Shown piece after piece: positions 28,312-37,009 of a stretch of 64,000 nt of DNA. Location: the IMG/VR virus record IMGVR_UViG_3300042446_001683. One strand, 5' to 3'. Made by a program: the position numbers and the translations under genes. Numbering within the stretch: position 1 is the first letter of the stretch; every line of letters begins with the position of its first letter. This DNA comes from a virus. The notes beneath the pieces are model-generated. The model saw nothing but the letters and a program-made list of their open reading frames with translations, did no database searches and was not told the DNA's origin.

Positions 28312-28778
28312 GTAAACGAGATAAAATAAAAGATTTAGTCGTTAAACGCTTAAAAGAAGAAAGCGCTACAGGTACTGGAGCGTCTTTCACAGCTGGTGAA
28401 GGAATAAATTACGCCACACCAGTAGCAGGTAAAGCTAAAAATTACTATTATAAATTAGGCTTTAAACCTGTTAAAACTACAAAACCTAAAAGTTTTGATA
28501 TAAAAAAATTATGGGAAGAAGAAACTCCTGAATTTGATGTTGAATCATTTATAGTTTCATTACCAACAGAAGACGAAAAACTAAAAGAATATATAGCAGG
28601 ACGTTTAGGTGACTTTAACCTACTATCAGGAAAATTAAAAGAACTTATAACATTAATTAGAGACGCTAAAAAAGAAACAATAGCATCATATAAACAAAAT
28701 CCTCAATATAGAGCAGTATATGGTACTGATTTAGCAGTTTCGTTAGTAGACAATTTGATAAAATTATTTAAAAAATAA
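28308..28778 (+). CDS. Putative prohead core/internal protein
   Basis: Leader ..VKRLKEE; GEG.NYATP motif. Confidence 0.55.
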   Translation: MSKRDKIKDLVVKRLKEESATGTGASFTAGEGINYATPVAGKAKNYYYKLGFKPVKTTKPKSFDIKKLWEEETPEFDVESFIVSLPTEDEKLKEYIAGRLGDFNLLSGKLKELITLIRDAKKETIASYKQNPQYRAVYGTDLAVSLVDNLIKLFKK

Positions 28779-28780
28779 AC

Positions 28781-29716
28781 ATGGAACAAACACTTCAATC
28801 ACAATATAACCTTATTAAAGAAGGTAAAGGTAACAAAGCAGTATTTTTAAAATCTGCTTATCGTTTATTCCCAGACATGTTATCACCTGTTAACACATTC
28901 GAGGATACTGTTAAAATTCTTAAAAACAGAAGCATTATCAGTGAAAATGTAGGTGGATTAGTTACAACTGGTAAAAAACAAGATTGGCATGCTATTTTTA
29001 ATGAGAACATGACTGCTCTTAAAGAAGAAAAAGAAGCTAAAGCTGAAGAAAAAGAAACTACTAAAGAAGTTACAGACATGGCTACTCGTGGATATGATTA
29101 TAAAGACGAGAAAAACTATGATAACATATTTGGTCAAGAATTCTTAAAAGGATACTACACTGAAATGAAAGATCCTAAAAACTCTGATAAAAATGTTGAA
29201 GAATTAAAAGCAATTGTAGCTAAAAACTTAGCTAAAGATATTAATTTTTATGTTAAAGATGGTCAATTTGGAATTAAAGGAGTAGGATATACAACTGAAG
29301 CACCTGGGTTAGGTACACCTAAGGAACCTAAAGGTAAATTTAAATCATCAGGATATGGTGACTTAAAAGAATCAGTATTACGTTCTCAAATTCAACTTCT
29401 AATTAAAGAAGTATTAAATGAACTCCCTCCTTTAGAAGCAGGTGAGATGGGAGTATATGAAGGTGAACCAGTATTTATTATAGCTGTGTCTATGCATGCT
29501 AAAACAAATAAAGACGAACCTCAACCATTTTCATACACTATTGAAAAAAATGGTAAAATATACAGAGAAGTTCCTATTAGTGCTGTCACACCAGCATCAT
29601 TAGCTGAAGCTGAAGATAAAAAAGAAGATAAAGAAGAAGCTAAAAAGAAAAAAGAAGACCTTAAAAAGTTAGATGCAGAGTGGAAGAAAAAATTAAAAAC
29701 TGGTGATATAGACTAA
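28781..29716 (+). CDS. Putative prohead core/internal protein
   Basis: Multiple [IL]xE junctions; VAKNLAKD.NFY domain. Confidence 0.55.
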   Translation: MEQTLQSQYNLIKEGKGNKAVFLKSAYRLFPDMLSPVNTFEDTVKILKNRSIISENVGGLVTTGKKQDWHAIFNENMTALKEEKEAKAEEKETTKEVTDMATRGYDYKDEKNYDNIFGQEFLKGYYTEMKDPKNSDKNVEELKAIVAKNLAKDINFYVKDGQFGIKGVGYTTEAPGLGTPKEPKGKFKSSGYGDLKESVLRSQIQLLIKEVLNELPPLEAGEMGVYEGEPVFIIAVSMHAKTNKDEPQPFSYTIEKNGKIYREVPISAVTPASLAEAEDKKEDKEEAKKKKEDLKKLDAEWKKKLKTGDID

Positions 29717-29717
29717 T

Positions 29718-30326
29718 ATGAAACAAGTATTAATAGAAACCCAATTTTTTACTGCTAAACCTTTAAAATTAGTTGAAGGTACTGTACCAACAAGTAATCC
29801 ACTTGTTGAAGGTATCTTAGCTACTTGTGAGGTTAAAAATGGTAACGGTCGTTACTATTCAAGAGAATTGTGGGAACGTGAGATGGATAAATATATGGAA
29901 AATGTTAATGCTAATAGAGCATTAGGTGAATTAGACCACCCAGACTCATCTATTATTAACTTAAAAAATGTATCTCATAATATCAAGAAAATTTGGTGGG
30001 ACGGAGATAATGTAATGGGTGCTATTGAACTATTACCTACACCATCAGGTAATATCTTAAGAGCATTATTTGAAAACAAAATACCAGTAGGTGTATCATC
30101 ACGTGGTATGGGTTCATTAAAACAAATGGGTGATTTAATGGAAGTACAAGATGATTTTGAACTATTATGTTGGGATTTTGTATCTACACCTTCTAACCCA
30201 GGATCATACATGAAAGAAAAAGGTATGATGAATGAATCTAAAAATATCCAACATAACAAATATATTAAAGCAAATTCTATTATCACTGAAATACTTTGTG
30301 CTAATGGAACATGCCCAATATTTTAA
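29718..30326 (+). CDS. gp21: Prohead protease (T4 gp21-like)
   Basis: NGNGRYY, ALGELDHP, VSH, GVSSRGMGS, WDFVSTPS. Confidence 0.95.
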   Translation: MKQVLIETQFFTAKPLKLVEGTVPTSNPLVEGILATCEVKNGNGRYYSRELWEREMDKYMENVNANRALGELDHPDSSIINLKNVSHNIKKIWWDGDNVMGAIELLPTPSGNILRALFENKIPVGVSSRGMGSLKQMGDLMEVQDDFELLCWDFVSTPSNPGSYMKEKGMMNESKNIQHNKYIKANSIITEILCANGTCPIF

Positions 30327-30354
30327 CCCCTCCTAGAATAGTATTTTAGGACTG

Positions 30355-30385
30355 ATGTCTCTCGAAAGAGAGACATTTCTTTTTT
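30355..30385 (+). terminator. Intrinsic terminator
   Basis: ATGTCTCTC-GAAA-GAGAGACAT followed by a T-tract. Confidence 0.8.
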
Positions 30386-30526
30386 ATAAAAGGTGACTTT
30401 ACATAAATCCATATATATGTATGCTCAAATATGCTACCACAATCTACTATGTAGCATCTATTATTAAACAATCTATTACGTTTCTTAATAAACGTATTTC
30501 CAAAACAATTTAATTGAGGACAAAAA

Positions 30527-31588
30527 ATGAACAGAGAAATGCTCAAAGAAGCAATCGCTGAGGCTAAGACCATTAAGGAAACTGCTATCGCGAATGCAAA
30601 AGCTGCTCTTGAAGAAGCATTCACTCCACAACTTACAGCTATGTTTGCTGAAAGATTAAACGAGGAAGATGCTGAAAAAGAGTTAGAAGAAAACTACAGT
30701 GTGGAAGAAGAAGGATTAGAGGAAACTTTTAATCTAGATGAAATCCTAGCTGAGTTAGAAATGACTGACGAAGCTGATGAAACAGTTTCTGAAGATGACA
30801 TGGGAATAGATGAAGATCTAATGCTCGAAGAAATGTCAGATGAAGAAATTGAAGAGTTAGTAATGAAAGTTATTGATGACATGATCCAAACTGGTAAGCT
30901 TATGCCTGGAGAAGGTGAAGAAGAAGAAGGTGAAGAAGACTTAGAGGACGTTGAAGATTTAGACGGTGAAGAAGTTGAAATCGAAGACGAAGAAATTGAA
31001 CTTGATGAACTTTTAAACGAACTTCTTGATGAAGAAAAAGTATCTGAGACATCATTTGCAGATCCTCAAACTTTACAATTAGTAGCCCAAGCCGCAGATT
31101 TTTTAAACATCAGTAAGGACGCTGTAATGGCAATAGTAGCAGGTTTGCCTGCGACAGTAGCAGCAGCTGGATTCTTAAGAGGTTTATTAAGAGGCAAAAA
31201 GGAAGCTACTAAAGAAGAAGTTGAAAAAACAGCTGACACTAAAGAAATGGAAGAAACTATCGCTGAGTTAAGAAATGAACTAAACGAAGTTAATCTATTA
31301 AATGCTAAGTTACTTTACACTAACAAAATCTTTAAAGCTAAGAATCTTACCGAATCAGAAAAAATAAAGGTTTTAAACACGTTTGACAAAGCAGAAACTG
31401 TAAAAGAAGTTAAATTAGTATTCGAAACATTGACTGAATCTTTCAAAGCAGTAGCTAAGAAAGCACCAATTAAAGAATCACTAGGATCAGCTTCTAGAAG
31501 TATCGCTCCAGCTCAAACAAAACAACCAATTATTGAAGTAAACGATGCATTTGCTCGTATGCAAAGATTAGCTGGTATTAAAAAATAA
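30527..31588 (+). CDS. Prohead scaffold/core protein (T4 gp22-like position)
   Basis: Highly acidic coiled coil between protease and capsid genes; NLLNAKLLYTNK; C-terminal RMQRLAGI. Confidence 0.8.
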   Translation: MNREMLKEAIAEAKTIKETAIANAKAALEEAFTPQLTAMFAERLNEEDAEKELEENYSVEEEGLEETFNLDEILAELEMTDEADETVSEDDMGIDEDLMLEEMSDEEIEELVMKVIDDMIQTGKLMPGEGEEEEGEEDLEDVEDLDGEEVEIEDEEIELDELLNELLDEEKVSETSFADPQTLQLVAQAADFLNISKDAVMAIVAGLPATVAAAGFLRGLLRGKKEATKEEVEKTADTKEMEETIAELRNELNEVNLLNAKLLYTNKIFKAKNLTESEKIKVLNTFDKAETVKEVKLVFETLTESFKAVAKKAPIKESLGSASRSIAPAQTKQPIIEVNDAFARMQRLAGIKK

Positions 31589-31619
31589 AATTAATAAAAA
31601 CAAAAACCCGATTTAAAAA

Positions 31620-33317
31620 ATGGAAACAATTCAATCATTAGTCGAGTCCGCAAATCCATGGAAGTCACTTCAAGGTGACGCTGCTAGATTAGCAAACAAA
31701 TGGAGCAAAACCGGCCTTTTGGAAGGTTTAGGCGAAGACGTAAACAAAAACAACATGGCTTTGATGTTGGAAAACCAAGCAAAGCAATTAGTAATTGAAA
31801 CCTCACAAGTTAACGGAGGATCAGCTACATTCACTTCTGGTACATCTGGTGAGAACTGGGCTGGAATCGCATTACCATTAGTACGTAAGGTATTTGGTCA
31901 AATCGCAGCGAAAGAATTCGTTAGCGTTCAACCAATGAACTTACCTTCTGGTCTTGTATTCTTCTTAGATTTCCAATATGGTACTACTAAGAACCCATTC
32001 ACAAGTGGTAACTCTTTATATGGTAACCGTAACCCATCTAGCGCTACTCCATTCGCTACAACTGCTGTATCTGGTGGTTTATATGGTGGTGGTCGTTTCG
32101 CTTACTCTACTAACCAATTCTCAGCTTCTTATGCTTTAACTACTGGTTCAAACTTCACTCAATCTTATGCGGCTATTGCTAACTCAGTATGGGCTGCTTT
32201 AGGATATGATTCTGATTTATCTGCTTCTGTAGCTTCTGGTAACATTTGGAAATTAACATTAGGTACTTTAGGTGCAGTTTCTGCTTCTTTAGATCCAGAT
32301 GGAGTTAGAGCATTTACAGTTTCTGGATCAGGTAATACTACAAACTTACTTCCAGCTAATGTATTATCTAACTACACTACTTTTGATGGTACTACTTTAA
32401 CATTCTATTTGACTGGTAGTACTCAAGATCCAGGAGGTGCTATTGCCCCAGTATTATTCTACAACAAGAGAACTACTGACAACACTCGTGGTGACTTTGA
32501 AGATACAGCTGCTGGAACAACTTCAGTACCTAACTCTTTAAGTAACACTAGTATTGGATCAGCAATTCCTGAGATTAACATCTCTATGCAATCTCAAGCT
32601 ATTACTGCTAAGACTAAAAAGTTAAAAGCAGCATGGACTCCAGAATTTGCACAGGATTTAAACGCTTACCAAAACTTGGATGCTGAAGCTGAATTGACTA
32701 ACATTATGAGCGAGTACATCTCTTTAGAGATTGATCTTGAAATCTTAGACATGTTAATCGAGGATGTTCCTTCATCTAACACTGAGTACTGGTCAGCTGT
32801 TAACAACGTTACTGCTACTGCTACATCTGCTCCAACCGCAAGTTTAGGTTTCTTCAATACTCAAGGTGCTTGGTTCCAAACTCTTGGTACTAAGATTAAC
32901 AAATTGAGCAACAAGATTCACCAATTAACTCTTCGTGGTGGTGCTAACTTCTTAGTAGTATCTCCAACTATTTCAACTATCTTAGAGTCAATCCCAGGAT
33001 TCGCTGCTAACAGCAATGGCGCTGAAGATATGGAATATGCATTTGGTGTACAAAAAGCTGGTCAATTTAACAGCCGCTTTACTGTTTATAAGAATCCTTA
33101 CATGACAGAAAATACTATCTTAGTAGGTTTCCGTGGTAAGCAGTTCTTAGAGGCAGGTGCTGTATTTGCTCCATATATTCCGTTGATCATGACACCTCTT
33201 ATCTACGATCCAACTACCTTCACTCCACGTAAAGGATTGTTGACTCGTTTCGCTAAGAAGATGTTACGTCCTGAATTCTATGGTAAGATCTACATAGCTG
33301 GTTTGAACACCCTATAA
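31620..33317 (+). CDS. gp23: Major capsid protein (T4 gp23-like)
   Basis: LENQ, LVRKVF, VQPMNLPSGLVF, KTKKLKAAWTPEFAQDL, FAPYIPL, FTPRKGLLTRFA. Confidence 0.95.
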   Translation: METIQSLVESANPWKSLQGDAARLANKWSKTGLLEGLGEDVNKNNMALMLENQAKQLVIETSQVNGGSATFTSGTSGENWAGIALPLVRKVFGQIAAKEFVSVQPMNLPSGLVFFLDFQYGTTKNPFTSGNSLYGNRNPSSATPFATTAVSGGLYGGGRFAYSTNQFSASYALTTGSNFTQSYAAIANSVWAALGYDSDLSASVASGNIWKLTLGTLGAVSASLDPDGVRAFTVSGSGNTTNLLPANVLSNYTTFDGTTLTFYLTGSTQDPGGAIAPVLFYNKRTTDNTRGDFEDTAAGTTSVPNSLSNTSIGSAIPEINISMQSQAITAKTKKLKAAWTPEFAQDLNAYQNLDAEAELTNIMSEYISLEIDLEILDMLIEDVPSSNTEYWSAVNNVTATATSAPTASLGFFNTQGAWFQTLGTKINKLSNKIHQLTLRGGANFLVVSPTISTILESIPGFAANSNGAEDMEYAFGVQKAGQFNSRFTVYKNPYMTENTILVGFRGKQFLEAGAVFAPYIPLIMTPLIYDPTTFTPRKGLLTRFAKKMLRPEFYGKIYIAGLNTL

Positions 33318-33345
33318 ACTAATCTTAGATAATATCTAACAATTG

Positions 33346-33370
33346 AGCCCAGAGTAATCTGGGCTTTTTT
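33346..33370 (+). terminator. Intrinsic terminator after the capsid gene
   Basis: AGCCCAGA-GTAA-TCTGGGCT followed by a T-tract. Confidence 0.85.
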
Positions 33371-33398
33371 GTTGATATTTATACACAAATAATAAGTC

Positions 33399-34094
33399 AT
33401 GACAGATTTCAACCGAAGTGAGGAGGCTAAAAATATCTTTAAAGAAAAAAGAAAGCCTAAAAATCCGATTAGTTTTAAAATACAACTAAACGAAGAACAG
33501 AAAGAAGCAAAGCAAGTCATCTTAGATAATCCTGTCACACTATTAAAAGGTATGGCCGGATCAGGTAAAACATTAGTTGCTTGTCAAGTTGCTTTAGATT
33601 TAATGTTTAGAAAAGACATTGAACGAATCATCATTACCAGACCTACAGTAGCGAAAGAAGAAATAGGTTTCTTACCTGGTGACTTAAAAGAAAAAATGGA
33701 CCCATGGTTAGCTCCTATCTATGCTAACTTACATATGTTATATGATAAGACTAAAATAGAAAAAATGGTAGCAGACGGACAAATTGAAATTGTACCATTT
33801 GCATTTATGAGAGGTAGAACATTTCCTGACGCTGTAGTAATAGTAGATGAATGTCAAAACATTACTCATGGTCAAACAGAAATGATATTAGGTCGCCTTG
33901 GTAAAGGTGGTAAAATGATATTTTGTGGAGACATTACTCAAACAGACTTAAAACAAAAGAAAGATAGTGGTATTGGTTTCTTTACTCGTTTAGAAGCATC
34001 TATTAAAGGAGTAAAAGTAGTAACATTAAAAACAAACCACAGACATGAAATTGTAGAACCTATACTTGGTTTATATGCTGAGTACAGAGATTAG
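33399..34094 (+). CDS. phoH: PhoH-family ATPase
   Basis: GMAGSGKT, IGFLPG, FMRGRTF, DECQN, GDITQTD, HRH. Confidence 0.95.
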   Translation: MTDFNRSEEAKNIFKEKRKPKNPISFKIQLNEEQKEAKQVILDNPVTLLKGMAGSGKTLVACQVALDLMFRKDIERIIITRPTVAKEEIGFLPGDLKEKMDPWLAPIYANLHMLYDKTKIEKMVADGQIEIVPFAFMRGRTFPDAVVIVDECQNITHGQTEMILGRLGKGGKMIFCGDITQTDLKQKKDSGIGFFTRLEASIKGVKVVTLKTNHRHEIVEPILGLYAEYRD

Positions 34095-34116
34095 ATATTT
34101 ATAACTAAAACACAAC

Positions 34117-35295
34117 ATGAATATTCCTATATATCCAGGTTCTAGTTCATTTTTTCCTGGTTTAACACCATTCGGATTTTATGACTATGATTATCAATTT
34201 CAAACTGATGCTGATAAAGTAGTTACCTTTGTTGCTCGTCGATTAGGATATCCTATTATGGAAGTTGAACTACAGGATTTAAACTTCTATGCAGCTTTTG
34301 AAGAAGCTATTACTACATATGGTAATGAGATCTACGCTTATCAAGCGATGGACAACATGCTAACACTAGAGGGTGCACCTGCGGATACAAGTGTAAATAA
34401 CGCGCTTATTACGCCTAATATGGCTACTATAGTACGTTTATCACAGCAATATGCTGAAGAAGCAGGAGCAGGTGGAAATGTAACTTACTATAGTGGAGCG
34501 CTAGCTTTAACACCTGGAGTCTCAACCTATAATTTAACAGAATGGGCAGTAAGCCAAAGCATATCAGGTGGAATTGAAATTAAAACTGTATTCTATCAAA
34601 ATTTACCTGCAGTTAGTCAAATGTATGCTCCATTTGGAGGATTTGGAGGACTAGGAGGAGTACCAGCAGCTGGTTTATATGGTGGAATGTATGGTGGAGG
34701 ATATGGTGGTGGGTACCTAATGATGCCAGTGGCATATGATGCTGCTGTAGTACAAGGTATAGAAATGAGTAACACAATCCGACTTTCAGCTTATACTTTT
34801 AATATTATTAACAATAAAATCACTGTATTTCCTGTACCATCAATTAATGATACTAGAGATGGATTCTTATGGTTTGAATATATTAAAGTACAAGATAGAA
34901 TAAATAATAGTATTGCTCAACCTGGAGGAAGTGCTAATAATCCTGATTATTTAGTAACAAACCCATCAAATGCTCCATATACTAATCCAACTTATAGTTT
35001 AATTAATTCTATTGGTCGTCAATGGATATTTGAGTATTGTTTAGCATTATGTAAAGAAATGTTAGGATATGTTAGAGGTAAATACTCTACAGTTCCAATT
35101 CCTGATCAAAACTTAACTTTAAACCAATCAGACTTACTATCATCAGCTACAGCTGATAAGGCAGCTTTATTAGAAAGATTAAGAGCATATTTAGGAGATA
35201 TGTCTAAAAAATCACAATTAGAAAGAAGAGCACAAGAAAGTGATTTTAGAAGACAAGAAATTAACAATGTACCAATGACTATATTTATCGGATAA
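34117..35295 (+). CDS. Neck protein (gp13-like)
   Basis: RRLGYPIMEVEL, LCKEMLG.VRGKY; position after the capsid gene. Confidence 0.75.
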   Translation: MNIPIYPGSSSFFPGLTPFGFYDYDYQFQTDADKVVTFVARRLGYPIMEVELQDLNFYAAFEEAITTYGNEIYAYQAMDNMLTLEGAPADTSVNNALITPNMATIVRLSQQYAEEAGAGGNVTYYSGALALTPGVSTYNLTEWAVSQSISGGIEIKTVFYQNLPAVSQMYAPFGGFGGLGGVPAAGLYGGMYGGGYGGGYLMMPVAYDAAVVQGIEMSNTIRLSAYTFNIINNKITVFPVPSINDTRDGFLWFEYIKVQDRINNSIAQPGGSANNPDYLVTNPSNAPYTNPTYSLINSIGRQWIFEYCLALCKEMLGYVRGKYSTVPIPDQNLTLNQSDLLSSATADKAALLERLRAYLGDMSKKSQLERRAQESDFRRQEINNVPMTIFIG

Positions 35296-35804
35296 TGGCA
35301 CTTTTTGGCAGCGCAAGAGATATTTCAATGTTTAGAAAAATCAACCGTGAGTTGTTAGGAGACATTATTACCCAACAAGTAGCTATATACAAATATGTTT
35401 TAGATAAAACTAAAGTAAACATGTATGGTGAAGCCTCAGGTGGTAAATTCTTTGATGGTCCGATATTATTAAATGCTTTAATTGAAGTAGCTGATAATAC
35501 GAGTCCTACAAGTGAATTTGGTGTTGATTTTGATTGGAGTATTAAAGTAGCATTTTTAAGAGATGATCTAGTAGATGCTAATGTACAGCCTGAAGTAGGT
35601 GATGTTTTCTTATATCAAGAAAGTTATTTTGAGGTAGATAATACAGTCCATACTCAATATTTCGCTGGTAAAGATCCTGATTATCCATACTCTCAAAATC
35701 CACTAAACCCAAATTTAGAAAATTTTGGGTACAATGTAAGTTTAGTTTGCAGTACCCATTACATAGCAGCAGACCGTGTTAATATTATTAAACAAAGATT
35801 ATAA
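35295..35804 (+). CDS. Neck/head-completion protein (gp14-like)
   Basis: NMYGE, FGVD, PEVGD; synteny. Confidence 0.65.
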   Translation: MALFGSARDISMFRKINRELLGDIITQQVAIYKYVLDKTKVNMYGEASGGKFFDGPILLNALIEVADNTSPTSEFGVDFDWSIKVAFLRDDLVDANVQPEVGDVFLYQESYFEVDNTVHTQYFAGKDPDYPYSQNPLNPNLENFGYNVSLVCSTHYIAADRVNIIKQRL

Positions 35805-36685
35805 TGGCTAAGCAAAGAAAAGTAACACCAAAAACACAAAGAGAAATAAGTGAGTCTTTACAAGAACCACTTACACCTGGTGGTATTGGATTTGCTCCTA
35901 CTGGTAATCCTAATGACTCTAATAATGTTAATAGAGCTAATCAAACATCCTTTAAAGATGACACTGTAAAACCATTCTCAGTAGGTTTAGAAGACTTAGA
36001 CTGGGCTGTGATGTATTATTTTCAAAATGTTATTAGACCAACAGTTAAACAAAATGATGAACTAATACCAGTTCCTATAATATATGGTTCACCTGAAAAA
36101 TGGAAATCATTCCAAAAAGATGGATATTATAGAGATTTAAATGGTAGAATAATGGCTCCATTGTTAATGTTTAAAAGAAATAATATTGATAAAAATAGAA
36201 GTGTAGCTAATAAATTAGATGCTAATCAACCTAACAATATAGCTATATCAGGTAAAAAATACAGCCAACAAAATGCTTATAGTAAATTTAACATACTAAA
36301 CGGGATTAAACCTGAGCAAACATTATACGCTACAGTTGTACCTGATTATTTAACAGTGACATATGACTGTGCTGTGTTTACTTACTATAATGAGCAATTA
36401 AATAAAATAATTGAAGCAGTTGAATACGCATCAGATGCATATTGGGGTGATCCTGAACGTTTTAAGTTTAAAACAAATGTAGACTCATTCACATCAACTG
36501 TAGAATTATCAGATACTGCTGAAAGAATAGTTAAGAGTACTTTTACTCTTAAAATGTTTGGATACATCATACCAGATACAATACAAAAAGATACTTCATT
36601 TATAGGTAAATTTTCTAATAGAAATAAATTAGTAGTGACATCTGAAGTTGTTTCAAACATTAATGATTTACCAAACAATTCATGA
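35804..36685 (+). CDS. Tail terminator/sheath stabiliser (gp15-like)
   Basis: VPIIYGSPEKW, QLNKIIE; synteny. Confidence 0.65.
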   Translation: MAKQRKVTPKTQREISESLQEPLTPGGIGFAPTGNPNDSNNVNRANQTSFKDDTVKPFSVGLEDLDWAVMYYFQNVIRPTVKQNDELIPVPIIYGSPEKWKSFQKDGYYRDLNGRIMAPLLMFKRNNIDKNRSVANKLDANQPNNIAISGKKYSQQNAYSKFNILNGIKPEQTLYATVVPDYLTVTYDCAVFTYYNEQLNKIIEAVEYASDAYWGDPERFKFKTNVDSFTSTVELSDTAERIVKSTFTLKMFGYIIPDTIQKDTSFIGKFSNRNKLVVTSEVVSNINDLPNNS

Positions 36686-36706
36686 TATTTATAACAAATT
36701 AATTTT

Positions 36707-36958
36707 ATGGAAAATAAAGTTTTAACACAAGAAGAAATTCAATCTTTAAAAACAATTCAAACTAACCAATCAAATTTAGTTCAATCATTAGGGACAATAG
36801 AATATAGTATTCAACTTTTAGAATTAGATAAGCAAACTCTTAAGTTACAACTCCAAAAACAAGTTGAAGAAGAAACAAAAGTAGCTAAAGAACTTCAAGA
36901 AAAATATGGTAATGGGAATATTGATTTAGAAAAAGGAGAATTTATACCGGTCTTATAA
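36707..36958 (+). CDS. Small coiled-coil hypothetical protein
   Basis: LQEKYG.GNIDLEKGEF C-terminus. Confidence 0.6.
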   Translation: MENKVLTQEEIQSLKTIQTNQSNLVQSLGTIEYSIQLLELDKQTLKLQLQKQVEEETKVAKELQEKYGNGNIDLEKGEFIPVL

Positions 36959-37009
36959 TTTTGACAATTTTTAAGATATTTATAATAAAATCAAACACAT
37001 AACAAAAAC

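Noticed and set aside
30331-30376. Hammerhead ribozyme (CTGATG..GAAA)
   Set aside because: Core reads CTGATGT, not CTGAnGA, and GAAA is the loop of a perfect terminator hairpin
23938-33317. Introns, inteins or homing endonucleases in terminase, portal or capsid genes
   Set aside because: Proteins have normal lengths and continuous motifs; no splicing or LAGLIDADG/HNH signatures seen
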